Shown: positions 1-13,698, counted from the whole stretch's first letter. The stretch is DNA of 63,718 nucleotides, filler included, from Choristocarpus tenellus KU-1152 (GCA_964200185.2; 11 parts of 11 records of this genome joined end to end with filler, not necessarily neighbours in it), one strand, 5' to 3'. Translations and numbers: made by a program. The notes: generated from the sequence alone by a model not told the origin.

Positions 1-352
1 AAATAAATCGACCCCCCCCCCCCGTTATGATAGGATACACATAAACAGACAAGACACGCACCAAAACTATTAAGAATTGAATACAGTATTATTTGAGGTA
101 TTTATACATTTATTTATATTGGGAACTGAAGGGGACAAAAAATAAATAGCAGCACACCTGTACCTGCAGCAGGTACAGGCAGTAAGAAGAAAACAAAAGC
201 ACAGAGCTAAAAGGGCAGTCCATATATGGACTTTGAAGTACACTACATACTAGCAGTGTGTACAGTAATTGTCCAGGGAAGATATAGTTCTTTTGTAGGC
301 ACACAGCAAACAGAGGTAGAGGGAGAAGAGGTACGCAGTAGAATGTCCTCAC

Positions 353-3300
353 TGGATGGCAATTCTTGTATATGCCTTGGCTGCATTCTTGCTCCACATG
401 GCCGTCTTGTCCACGGTGCTCTTCAGTGTACCATCTACAACTGACTTCGAGACTCGGTCCACAAGACCTGGTGGTTGCTTTTCAGGGCAGTGCACCTGAG
501 GGTAGGGGGGTTGTGGCAGATGTAGGTGGAATAGAGTGCAAAGGCTGGGAAGGATTAATGGAGGAATGCCTTGAACAGAGCAGACATTGGTTTAACGTCT
601 CCTTACAATACATAGAAGAGCAATTGTCACATGACATGGACTCTCTCCTGACCTAAACGGACTCAACGAGCACAGCCCTTCACACAAAAACATTCAACAC
701 AACAGAAAAGATAGCTATCAATAGTAACACCTTGTTGCTCACCCCCTCCCCCTCCCCCTCCCCCTCACGCAATGCAAAACACTACTAGTGTGCATAAAAT
801 CCAGAGATATCTCAACTCCTTGGTTGAATCCCAACATGTCTGAGCTGCTACCTTACAAGCAGCAAAACCAAAAAGGCAAAGGTGTTGTCCCCACATCAAC
901 ACCAAAATAAAAAGGTGCTATTGCTCTAACTGCTGTTCACAATTCTACACCCCTTGGGTAACCGGAGAGAGGCAGTAGTTGCAAATGATAGAAATACTCT
1001 TACAAGGTTCTGTGAAATAATAACTCAGCCCCGGTGCTATCACAACAAGAAACCTTCCCCATGCACAACTTAATAGTTCAGAAAAAAAATCTCAGGTTTC
1101 CTAGAGTCTTTTCCAAGGAAAGACCTATTTTGCCAACATCTGTAATGCTAAGGGGGTCTCGTCATTGGCATTTTTTCTGCCATTCATCAGTGTGTAGGCA
1201 GCACTTACCACACAAGCCTTGAAACTGCCAACTAACTCCATTCAGGAAAAATATTTTTATTTTCTTCAGTCAAATTATTTTGTTCTCCTTTTTACTCTCT
1301 TCCCTTAATCTTCAGCATTTGCCTGACTTAGGCTCTGAAATATATCCACCCTCAGTGCTATTACCATATATGTTGATCTTGGTATTATTATTATTATTAT
1401 TACTATTTATTTTTGTAATGAAGTGAACAAGAAAAACAGTGGAAGTGGACCAATCACAAAACTAGGTCTAATCTTCAATGGTAGAAGATCGATTAAAGTG
1501 CACAGGGTGAGATAAGTGACGTGCCTGCACCTCAAATGAAAACCAAAAAACTATACACCTCTAGTATGAATAACCGTTACAAAAAAAATGTGCTGATCGG
1601 GGTTTTTTTCCCCCTTTTCAAGTACTCTGACTCATCATCCCTATCAGCATAACATTCCAAGTCAACAAAAAACAGTACAAGCATCAAATCGACCAAGTCA
1701 GAGACTCCTCTCTACTGACAAACAATGCTCTGAGCTCTCTGGAGTCCTCAAGAGACCTTTCGTACTCAAACTTAATCTTACCGGATCACCAGTGAGAAGC
1801 TCCATCATGACCACACCCAAGCTGAATATATCTGAGCGCTCATCTAGGTTTCCACTTGTCTGATAAACAGGATCCATATACCTGTCCAAAATTGGTGCAA
1901 GAGGTCAAACACGAGAGGGCTCCAGTTCAGGAATTCCATTCAGGGGAAAGGGGGTAAGGGGGGGGAGGGGAGGAGCAAACTCCCCTTGGTGGGTAACAAC
2001 ATGTCAAACACACTTGACAATGGGCATTCTCAGGCAACAGAACAGCTAGCACACACTGCAAGAAAGCAATCCATTTCACTACTATGCTGCCTTTCAGTTG
2101 CCTGCTGAAAAAAATAATACACATCAAAATTTCTTCATTAACCTCGATTGACTCTTGCCATTCACCTTCTGTACCACAAACTTGTGCCTTTTATTCAAAC
2201 CATACATACTGCACTGTCATACCCAGCACAAACACATACACACATACATTCAAACCCCTGTCCACAAACTGCCAGGACCCTTCTCCTCACACACCCAAAT
2301 GTTCCCTCTAGTGTCTGCGCCTCACGCAGTGCTGCTGCTGCACCACCACCCCCCCCAGGGCCAGAGCCACCATCACTATTACCCACTCTGGATATGCCAA
2401 AATCCGACAGGCGTGCATTGAAGTATTCATCGAGGAGGATGTTCTCGGGCTTGATATCCCGGTGGATCACCTGCTTGCATGTAGATTGCAAAAAGGGGGA
2501 GTGGACAACCATATGAGGCTGAAAGTGAATGGGACAGTGCGAGGTCCTGATTGAAGATGTCCCACGACAGCAGTACAATGCACAGGTGGTGGTACCAGAA
2601 TTTGAACCAAAAAGAATCGGGTTTCAAAGCTGGAGAGTTAATACGCCAGTACCAAAAATCAGCGTACCAATAGCTGAATAGCCTTTCGATCTGGCACCAT
2701 GAGCACAACCAGGATGCCACAGACAGGGTATGTTCACAACCTTCTCACGCACCCTGTCCTGTACTACTCTACCTGGGAGAGCTCAATCAGTTCATTCATC
2801 CAAAAGACGGCTTCAGTCTTCACATGGACCACACCCAGCCCAAAATCCCAACTCAACACAGAATTACGAAAATGCTCTACATCGTAACACCACCCCACTG
2901 ATCTGCTCGTCCCCCCCAAACACATTCAACCCTTGCAAGAAAACACCCTCTGCTGTACCTTAGGCTTGTCAGTAGACTCGCTGTGCAAGTACTCCAGTCC
3001 CTTGCACACATTTACCGTTACACGAACACGCAAACGCCAGCCAAGGCGTCCTCTCAGCGCCTTCTTGTCCAAGTGGTGCCTGAGACTGCCGCGTGAAACC
3101 ATCACCAAATAGCCCATCACAGAACAAGACCAAATGCAAAGAGGGGAGGGCAGAGGGACACAACAGGGGAAAGGCAGCAGAGGCCAACTATGAAGGCCAG
3201 GTCCAACCTCTCAATAGATCTCTAAAGGGCAGAAGCATGGGCAGAAAAAAAGGTGGATGTAGAGTCATTCAGGGATGGATTGTACTACTACTAGGATGAA

Positions 3301-6066
3301 AAAATATGGAAGGTCTTTCTCTTCAACTCTGACTCCGTGTGAGAGGTTCACTGAGTGACCTCCCAAACACGTACTTGGCATGTTAAGTACAAAGGGAAAA
3401 AAATACCTGTTGTTGGGCATGAGGCGGTACACCAGGCAAGGGGGCTCCATACAGACCCCCAGTAGTGGTACAATGTTCTCATGCCGACAAGTGCTCAACA
3501 CCTGAAAGCAGAGGACAGGGTGAGTGCATGCATGGAGGTAGAACGGCAAAGTGTGAGTTGTGACTGGGGGAAGGGGAGGGGGGGGGTCTCCTTCAGTGCT
3601 GTTCCCAGTGCAAGGGGTGTATGGGGCAACAAATGGGTGAGGAGAGATGCTTGGGAGGAACTTGTTGGGGGTGTTTTGTACTATGATGAGCACATGGGTA
3701 GTACATGCAGTCCTGATGTCAGGATCCATGTGCTTGGCTTCCCACCATGTCCAGCAGTACAAGCAATAATAAAGCATTGCCCTTCCAATGATGAAGGCAG
3801 AGCACCAACACTCAAAGGAAGGGGGAGAGAGTAAAACCTCCCCCACTAAATGTACACGCACTCATACTATAATATTGTCCTTCACGTAAATGTAACAAGA
3901 AGATCAAACTGCTCGTCTTGATGACAGCAGACTGAACTAGATGTGACACAAGCAGGTCCTCAGATCAGATGAAATGCCATACCAATGACAATGATAGTGC
4001 ACATGTACAACTAGTACAACATGATAGCTCTCGAGCATTGAACTACCCACAGTTCAACTCATTTGTGCTTCACAAATCAGTGGACAAAAAATATGAACAA
4101 GTATTTGGATGTCAAGGTTGAAGATGTACAAATCATTATACACAGGAATCATGTTCCACAGATCATGTACTAGGTAAGACTCAATCAATGTTGATAAAGT
4201 ATTTACAAATCCTGACTTTTTTGTGTAACCCTTGTTGGTTACACATGGCTGGTAGATATCACTCACCATTTTATCAGAGCATGTAAAAATGATTTGACCC
4301 AATGCATCCAGGCAAGATAATTGTGCATTGCTGATCTGTCCCTAACTAACCTTCTATAAAAAATGTCTACACATTGTTAGGTTTCACTACTATTAAATAC
4401 TGTAATTATGTGCAGGCAGTACTAGGCCCCCTTGGTGTTCTATGGTAAGATAAACAATTCCACCCCCATTTATAAACATGTACAATGTGGAATCCCCAGT
4501 AGTAGTGTACATGGTAACATCTGGTGTGCCATGTCCCCAGGTTCAATAACTGCTGGGGCTGCCCTTAACTTTTCAAGTTGATAAAATTCAATGGGATATC
4601 GGTGCTCAACCCTCACATATACGACGTATCTCCCATTGCGAAAACGCCCACAAGAATCTGTTGGTTCGATCAAACCTCTGTAAAATGTGTTAAGCACAAA
4701 AGTTGTCGTACCACTCCTCCATCTACAAAACGTGTACAACTAACTGATTGTCTGTACGGGCTCCCCTACCCGCAAAAACATGTACATTTGGTTCCCTAGT
4801 ATGAAATTTAGGGTTAGGGTTTTCCGAGTTGAATCCCTTCACAACGACTTGTGCTTGTGAGTGAAGGTGGTACAACTCACAGTCCATCGATTCATCAACT
4901 TCTCATCAGGATGTTTGGAAGATTTTGTCCTACACCGCCTGTTTAAGAGTTACGAAATATGAACGGATAAAACGATTCCAATAATCCGAAAATGAAAATA
5001 GTTAACTCGTAAATCTCTGACTTGTGAGGATGTGCCCTGACCCACATAACTCAGATTTGTGAAAGGAACAGCCATTAATTTGTACGAAATTGTTTTGTAC
5101 AACACATTTAGGATTTGATATGATTGGTCTGAACGTGATAGATCTGCTGCGAATAGATCATTCGGGATCCTCTACCTCTTGAACAGGTCCCATAAAAATG
5201 AACCTTGGGGCACTATGGAGAAGGTGAAGTCCATTACGGGTTAGCTGTGGGCCTCAAATGGAATGAGGCAGGGGTAATGGGGTTTGGGAGTGGGTGTTAT
5301 GGGTTGGGGGCACTTAATTGAAACAAATATCTCACCTCCACCTCCCTGAAGAACTGCTCACGGCCCTGCAGTCCTGTTTCATCCAGCTTCTTAACTGCCA
5401 CAGAAACGCCCATCATGCTTCCCCGGTACACCTTACATCAGATAGACGTTATACATGTAATGATTGAATGATTGATTCATTGATTTACCCATTCATTGTC
5501 AAAATTAGGTTCAATTTGGGGTTGAGGAGGAACTCCGATGACCTCAGACTGAAGACAATGGAACTAATGAGGATGTGACACAAACATGCCCAGGGTGAGA
5601 GACCAGAAACAGTATAAGAGACACAAACCACCGCAGCGGGGGCCACAGCAAGGAAGGCTGAGGTCAGGGCTAGGGGCATACCAAACAGAAGGCGCTGATA
5701 GAAGATGCTGAGGAGGAGGCACTTAAAATCCTCAGAGGGTGAGAACAAAGATATAACCCTCTTAAAATTCAATCCTGTTCACAGACCATCATACAACGTG
5801 GCAGTCTCAACCAAGATAGCCAGAGACAGATATTCTCATCACCCAACCCTCCTCCACTTCCTTATCATACCGCTTCAACCAACCCGCATTCCATCCATTG
5901 CACTTGCTCATAACCCACATACAAATGCATTAATGATTCTGTGCGAATGAACCAGGGGGGGGGGGGGGGGGAAAGGAATTGGGGGGAACAAAAAAAAAAA
6001 AACCCCCCCACCGGGCCCCACCCCCAACCCTCACCNNNNNNNNNNAAATGAAAGTTATGAAGGATT

Positions 6067-6101
<35 letters not shown>

Positions 6102-7751
6102 AATGGGTATGGGGTGAGACAAAAAAAAAAGAGGCTACAATTGGTTTCTAACTCCAGCCATACAACCAAATATACCCTTCTGTTTCACACGAACAGCGCC
6201 TGCCACCCTTGTCCCAAACTCAACATCACCTTTCCAAATCCACCCTCGCCGATACACCGATGTGTATCAAATCCTCCACAAGCCTCCCGAACTTCAGGTA
6301 GTTGGTAAAGTCGCAGCGATGCTGAATCCGACCCAGATTTTGATATCGCACTCTCTTGAGACTGTTCAACATGCTTCTTTCTGGGCAATGGCGTATTAGG
6401 AGCCGAACGATCAGTGCCCCCCGTGCCCCCCCCACTTCCTCCACCACCAGCACGGGGGGGGAAACTCATTCCGCTCTTGTTGCCCCCCTGCCCCCTGCCC
6501 ACATCACCTCCGTTCAACGGGACTGGTACGAGACCTGTACGCATGTTCTCATTAAGACTGAGCGCCGAATTGAGCAAGTCCATTGCTGCAAGATATGGCT
6601 CCAGGCCATCCACCTTGCCCTGCAAAGAAACCAGGGCCAGACACATCCGGAAGTGCAGGGGGGGTCATTGAGAGAGCAAAGACGGAAAATTGTTCTTCTT
6701 CTCAGAATTAATTGTGCGTACAGGAGAGAAAAAAATCAACGCAGCTCAGGTTTTCTGAGAAGGAGCAATCGATTTCCTTCACTGCATTTACTCCCCTCTC
6801 CTACAGCATCCACACACCTTGGGTGAAGACATCCTCAACATATTTCTTGCCTTCTTACACACTAACCCCTTGACACACACACATCTCACCCACTCCCTAC
6901 CCCCCACGATTCCTCAAGCACTGTTCCAATTGCTTCCCCCAACCACAAGCGGAGAGTCTCTAAAATTAAACATACCTCATCGGCTCTGTTTTGGATGACT
7001 CCTCGAAGGCGGTCTTTGTGATCTTTGCACTCCCGAGACAGCTCCTCATAATGCCGATTCTTCAGCAAACACAATCGATACAGGTATGAAAAGAGGTGTG
7101 GACAAGTCGAGGCCGGATAGGCATGGGGAGAGCTAGGCATTTGGACAGCTAACTAACTACTCAGACGAAAATAATTGCCAATGGAATTGAGCTGTTGACA
7201 CCAAACTTAAAACATGCGTAAATGTGGTGGTTGAAGGGAAAATAGACAAAATACAGGGTACTTCCGGTGTAGAACAAACATTTTCACAACTTGCCCCCTG
7301 CTCATTGTCCCCGGAGCCTGCCTCAATTCAACTTGTGTTTTACCTCATACTCGAGCCTCGGTCGGGTAAAAAAGTTCCATTCTTATCTCCTCTACATTGC
7401 CATTGCGAGTGGCATGCCATAGAGCCCCTCAACTACTTATCTGCGATCGTAAGGAACCCTCAAGGAAAGCTGAGCAAGAGACTCCAGTCAAAGGGAAACA
7501 CAAATGTATCACACTGATAGCTGCAATAGACGATCGGTGAGGAAGTGCTACAAAACAGTCAACACAAAAAATAGGGCATTGATAAATGATCGCTTGCGTG
7601 GGGGTCAGAGCACTCGCGCATCGTGCGTGGCACATGAACCTAAATTTAAAACACCTGCAACTGTAAACAAGACCCTCTGTTACAGGGGGAGCAACCAAAA
7701 AAAGATAAGACAAATCATGCGCACACACACACACACACACACGCACGCACG

Positions 7752-7786
<35 letters not shown>

Positions 7787-10700
7787 TGGCATAGCACACC
7801 TCAAATAGTTCACCCCATGACTGGCAGGCTTTCAGGGTCTCAAGTAACAGCTCCGCAGAGATATTACTAGAGCGGAGCACATTGTCCGACACCACCGGTG
7901 TCTTCTTGACTGCCGCCTGGATTGCATTCCTGGCCTCCTGCGTGGACACAACATCAAGGTTTAGGAGTTCTCACAGGATCAAGAGAACACATTATACCAA
8001 GCCTAAAGTGTAGCAGAACACATGTAGTGGGGGAGAGAGGAGGCACAATCTCAATAGGTAGAAATATATACCCTCCCTGCATGCCACGACGCTGTTCGGT
8101 GAGGGCAGGGCTCAACAATAAGAGGGGCTAATAGGAGATGATTCATGCCATGGGTAGAGACTTGGTTTGGTACACCCCAAAAATCTGGCCGTACAACTAC
8201 TGCGGCTGACATCAGGTGTGCTGTGGGGCATGGCCAGTCTACCATGAAGCGGAAAGGGGGGGGCGTAACCTCGAGCAAAAAAGGGCAGAAATAAATCCTG
8301 CGTCAAAACCCACATTCATCATTTGGGGCAAAAGAGATGAGATACGAGGCGTTGACGCTGCTTCTGCAACTGCGGGAAACAATCATGGCCACAAAAGAAA
8401 AAATTGCACCTAACTCTCTTGGGACCAAGGCTTACTCCTCGGGAAAGCCAAGGAGGGCAATGCACACAATACAGCACCTTTTCTCCTCAATTCCTAAATC
8501 ACCACACCCTCAAGTTGCCCTTAGCCCACTCCCAATACATCACCTCTGGCACACTGGAGTGAAACTCAGATCCAGGCACATGCCCTTCCCCATCTACAGC
8601 ATCAGTGGCAGAACCCCTGGACACAAGCTCCTCCACACTGGAGATATGACCACGGTATGCAGCCCAGTGTAGGGCAATCTTTTTCCATGAGTCAGAACAC
8701 TCTGCTCTTGCACCCCAGAAGATAAGCTCCCGGATCACCCCCAGCTGCCCATTTCCTGCAGCCCAGTGCAGAGGCGTTCGTAACCTATTCAAAGGGTTGA
8801 GGGCAGCAGCTTATAAATTGTCAACTACGATTGTAAAGTTGAAGGGCGAGTGCCAGTGCTCGTACAACGGAGACGTAGGTATCGCCATGGGCGTGAAGGG
8901 AGTAGGGGAGAGAGGCAGACAGTTCTACTCTGATGAGATCTTCGGCGAAGGACCGTCATATTTCAGGTTTCTGACGGAAGATGAGAACCTGCACGTGTAA
9001 TAAGGAGCTCTACTACGTCATCCAGCTGCCGCCAGCACTAGCTTCAAGATGTGATCAACAGAACAACCCCCCAAAAAGGTGTACAGCACATCTAGAGTTG
9101 TACGCTGGGGCAATTGAATCAAATCGTTACCGATTTGAACCCGACAAACTGAGGGGTGATTTTTGATTAGTCGCTTCTCACACAAACACATAAAGCTCAG
9201 CGGTTTGCACGCACGCCTCCACCCGTCCACTGCATACAGGCAGGCGTTTTCCACTATAATGGAGTACATTCGGGGGGTTTTCTAGTTGATTTCAACCTTT
9301 ACAGATTGTCTAAAGTTTGGACTCACAACACTCGAGTATAAAGTAGGTATCGAGCATATGTGCTGCTGTTGATCACTAAAACTCCGGTCCAGTAGGAGTT
9401 TTCAGGAAAGCAAGGAGAGTTCCTTCAGATGGAATTGATGTAAATTTTGCCAAAGTTGAAGATAGAAGATTTTTTTCTTGAGAGTGTGTGGGAAAGGGTC
9501 GGGTCCAAGACCAGGGGAAAAGGGCTCAGCTCCACGTATGCGTGAGTAGCCTCTTGTACCATACAAAGATGCAAGGACACACACACACACACAATCTTGA
9601 ACAGGCAGTATCAAGTCTAATGTTGAACAACAATGCAGTTGTGGTCCTTATCAAAAAGCTAGCCGATGCAATGCAGAAATATTCTCAATCACAACATATT
9701 TTCGCAGTTGAACAATGCGTTCACAACATCCATCATCGTCTGTAGGCCATTACCCCCAACCCCCAACCCCGCACAACACAGTAGGCTCACGAGCTGTCTC
9801 TGCTGTTCACATCAGCCTCCCTCATCATCAGCAGGCGGACCACAAACACATGCCCCTTTGCCGCTGCCCAGTGAAGTGGTGTCGCTGAGCTGGGAGCAGC
9901 AATTCCCAGTGATTGCGTGGTGAGGGGAGAGCGGATTGGAATGGGGAAAATGTCTGAAGCGCTTTGGGATTGCTGGGGGGAAAAGGCGTGGCATTGAAGG
10001 GGTGCACTGACTTCCTCCGACTTCTATCCTCTTTTGCAATTAAACATGTGTACCCGATTTTCTTGTGTGTGTCACTGCTTGCTAGAAAAACCCGTTAAAT
10101 TGAAGCGGTGCAGAAGAGGTGGGGTTAGTTCTTGCTCATTCCTCTGCTATCACACACCACACTCATCTCTGCCACCCTCTCACAATATTCGGAAGCATTG
10201 TAAAGTGAACTCATCCAACCAGTCTTGCGGTGTTGCTTTAGCTCAAGTTGAGAAAACAAAAAAAAGTGGAATTTGGACATGACCTAAAAGTTCACAAACT
10301 TGTGTACTGGCTCAGACATCAAACCCTCCACTGTTGCCAGGCAGATCACAGCACTTGATTGGTTGTCTACAAAAAACCTAACCCTACCTCTAACCTGCTC
10401 CCACTTTGTTCTATTGATAATATGTGGCACTCTGTGTTGACTACATTGCCCCTGTGACTGTCTTCAAGCCAAGCAAAGTCTTTACGTGCTGGGCAATTTC
10501 ATCACACTCGAAGTCCTTGTTCAATGTCACACACTCACTGCCTGCCATCCCTGGCATGGACATCTGCACCACAGGTCAGCAAATGCTCCACAGTTGGCAC
10601 GTGGCCCTCGTTCACAGACCAGTGGAGGATTGTTGCATCATATTGACTGTCTCGAAGATTGGCCTGAGGCATGGTAGATGAAAGGGGATGGAAGGAAGGG

Positions 10701-11451
10701 CGGAGGGCGGGGGGGTTGACCTTTGGAAAGCAAGACAAAACGGAGTCTGTCACAACTGAAGGAACTGAGGGAAGATACAAAAGACTTCCACAATAGAGTG
10801 GTTCAGTTCTTGAGCATCCAGACCAGAATGTTCAACGGATCAAACATTTGAGATAGTGACCAACAGATTGTCGCGTCTGCCAGAATGAGTACACGGCCTC
10901 CAGATTGAGATATTTTGAAGCTTGACTCAATCTGTTGCATCAGACACGTCCCTCAGGCACTACCATAGAGGCTCCCGATCACCTTATCCATCCCACAAAG
11001 ACGCATAATGGATACACAAAGTTACTTGGGTGGGATTAACATGAATATGTACCTGTCCCTCAGGTCAACACCCCTCCACATCACTCTATAGATGTAGAAA
11101 ACCTCAGGATATTTGTGCCCTATCTTTTCCTCATCAATAAATGTAACCAGCTATTTCAAATGGCCAGGGTACAGGCTCTCAATGTGAGGCAGCATGGGGA
11201 AAGGAGTGGTATCCCTCCCAGGAGTCAAGAGGCCCAATTGAAGCACTAACATCTCAACACATCTCTAAATTCTACCCTATGGTGCTTCTATTGATGTGGC
11301 ATCTCCTAGTTGACCAAACCCTCCCGTAGTACCATTTTCCTTACAGATAGTCTAAACTCGCCTTTCCTGGTGTAACAGCCTCCTTCACTTTCTGCCATTC
11401 AGAGCGGTTGATAGCCTCAAAGAGGTCCACCCGCCCTCGAAACAGGTTCAT
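353..11451 (-). CDS. Spliced gene: ankyrin repeats + GAT-like domain + IRAK/Pelle/RLK-type Ser/Thr protein kinase (3' end runs off the window)
   Basis: Hand-built exons (minus strand): 11362-11451, 10539-10663, 9791-9889, 8544-8784, 7800-7937, 6976-7059, 6230-6619, 5336-5431, 3407-3501, 2959-3085, 2295-2470, 1782-1881, 353-495. All phases are compatible, giving about 634 codons with no stop. Ankyrins: [48 protein letters not shown]. Kinase motifs: [97 protein letters not shown]. The subdomain XI exon was not found inside the window. Confidence 0.88.
4529..5218. mobile_element. Possible non-autonomous DNA transposon in a kinase intron
   Basis: Imperfect terminal inverted repeats CCATGTCCCCAGGTTCAAT (4529) / AATGAACCTTGGGGCACTATGG (to 5218) and a non-coding interior. 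Single copy in the window. Confidence 0.3.
7721..7784. repeat. (CA)n/(CACG)n microsatellite
   Basis: Directly visible, just inside the intron after exon 7800-7937. Confidence 0.9.
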
Positions 11452-13198
11452 CGCCCAACAGATGTGAGGAAAGCGTGGTTGGTCACTTCGCACTTCACTC
11501 TAGGTCAAGAACACTCCTCACCAGTACAAGGGAACCTTGGCTCACCAGCTCCAGAACAGGCCTGATATGAGGTTGCTACGCCTTCCACTCTTACAGATTG
11601 TCTTGAGTTCCCCCTCTCTCAAAGCTCTCTGTTAAGTCTACCTGCTTTGTCACCTGTTGCTACCTATAGCTGGAAGAGAGGCAATGAGATGCAATCTTTT
11701 GAGGATGGGAGTGGATGCTTGAGGGCAAGGGGAAAAAAAAAATGAAGTCCCGTACACAATATAGACCACTCATTATCCACCTTACGAGGTGTTTTGGTTT
11801 GCAGCTGTATACAGAGCTCCAATGCAGATTATACATAAGAGTTGCAAGATATAAATGTTGTAAAAACCTCATTCTTTCGAGAATCGACATGCAAACCCTT
11901 CATATGGATGGTGCTTGACTAGCATCAACAGTCTAGACAAAGTTGCCACATGGCCAACACTCGAAAGGCACGCAAAAACAGGAGGAACCTCTAGCTGAAG
12001 TGAAGAGCGGCTTGTACTTAGCTTATACTGATGCGTTCCTCTTATTACTTGTAGCACTGACTGTCAGTGCTAGCAATTCTCTCTCAAAAAATATACGACA
12101 ATCAATCAACAAGACAACTCGAGTAGAAAAATGCCAAGTCATCGTCACAATGGGCCAAAGGTTTCGTGAAAATTACAGAAAGGCAATCAGGGGAGAGGTT
12201 ACGCTTTAAGCAATGTGAAATAAGCATAATTACGAAGACGTTGCAGCGGAACACCTCGGAAGGTCAACCAGCTTCGCTTGATGTTGGCCGAAAACGCTAC
12301 ATATTATGACGGGGCAGAGGAGGGCAGGGCGTCGAGCTGTGGATCAGTATTCAAGCATGGCCAATGATGTAGTTTGGTTTGAATCCCGACCCAGGCACAT
12401 ATATATTAAGGACTGACCGCATGGACCATCACATACTGTCACGCAACGATGTGCAAGCCTGGCACCAATCAGTGCCTCCCAATAACCTATCTTCAGGCTC
12501 AACTTTCAAGCTCTTGTCCCCCTGATCGAGGATAGATATAAGTGACCAAGGATTTTGGCACTAGTGGGAATCAGTAGGACACATCGCATGACCCCATCAA
12601 TCATAAACCTGTCACCCTATCATTCCACAATTTATCTCCCATAGTCCTTCTCAACAACACCTACATGTGACAGCCGTAGACCACATCACCTCAAACAACC
12701 AAAAACAGACACGTAGTGGATAAGAAGGAAGATCTTTAACCCTCAGCAAAAACGGACTTGATCGGAAATACCCACCCCGATTCTAGGAGCCTGATTGAGT
12801 CAGCCTGTCTGGACCCAAAGAGTTCTTGGTAGCTCTGCAACACGGGATCAAGGAGTGTTAAAACACACCACTTCGAACAAGTGTTTTCTTAAGCTCGGTG
12901 TAAGGCACAGGTAGTCACACTCTGCCCAGACCAGGGAGTCGGGAAGTCATATTTCCAAAAAACATCGATGAAACATTAGGTGATCCTAATAATTGGAACG
13001 CAATTGCCAATAACGCGGGAGGCCTGGGACTTCTCTGCTTTGCTTTCACAAAGAAAGAAACATCTAATAAATAGGAGTTGTTTCTTGTTTTATTTTCGAT
13101 TTATTCTCCCCTTTTAGAAATTACAGTTCACTCAACATAATAGTTTGGAAAAGAAGGGGTTGGATAGTTTACCTTTGTATAGTTGGTAGTCATCTCTA

Positions 13199-13520
13199 GG
13201 TGGAGACCAGTCTTGATTTTTTTGAAAGGGTTGCACAACGAGTTCAACGACGATCAGCCTATCGAATGAACGTTCTTGATCTAAGCTATCGATTTCCGGA
13301 AAGGAACTATTTCGGAACATTATTTTGGGAAGGTCAAATTTTAACCGAATGTTTTCGGCACAACCTTGAAAATATCTCGGAATGAATTATCACGGCCAAA
13401 CATATTTTCCGAAAGAATCCCTTTGCCTAAATCGATAGCCTAGACCCAGAGATTTCATTTGCTATGCTGATCGTGGTTTAAATAATTGACCAACCTTTAA
13501 AAAAATCAAGATCAGTCACC
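13199..13520. mobile_element. Foldback/palindromic MITE-like element
   Basis: About 130-bp degenerate inverted arms, e.g. TCTTGATTTTTTT..AAGGGTTG vs CAACCTTTAAAAAAATCAAGA, ACGATCAGCCTATCGAATGAA vs TTCATTTGCTATGCTGATCGT, and GCTATCGATTT...TTCGGAA...TTTGG vs CCAAA...TTCCGAA...AAATCGATAGC, around a loop of about 65 bp. Confidence 0.6.
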
Positions 13521-13608
13521 GCCAAAACGGTACCTGGGCTAACCTCGGGTTAGTACAGTTTAAGCCACTCACAGGAAATTATGAAGCACATCGAGTCCAA
13601 GTTGTGAC

Positions 13609-13698
13609 CTGCCCCTTACAGAACACTGTGAATTGAACCCAATAGAGATGGTCTGGGGGCAGGCGAAGTACTATGTACAAGGCCACTGTGACTACACA
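13609..13698 (+). mobile_element. IS630/Tc1-mariner (DDE_3-type) transposase fragment
   Basis: Translates LPLTEHCELNPIEMVWGQAKYYVQGHCDYT, the catalytic-E motif (LPxxHCELNPIExxW). Cut by the contig end. Confidence 0.7.

Noticed and set aside
110-160. Terminal kinase exon at about 103-158
   Set aside because: The in-phase translation (QCAAIYFLSPSVPNINNV*) lacks the subdomain XI RP motif; the true last exon is probably left of the window.
5945-6130. Poly-Pro/Gly ORFs around the small N gap
   Set aside because: Homopolymer-rich low-quality sequence within an intron.
8150-8400. Extra exons between the ankyrin and GAT-like exons
   Set aside because: 8544-8784 splices in phase directly to 7800-7937 with canonical sites, so no extra exon is needed.
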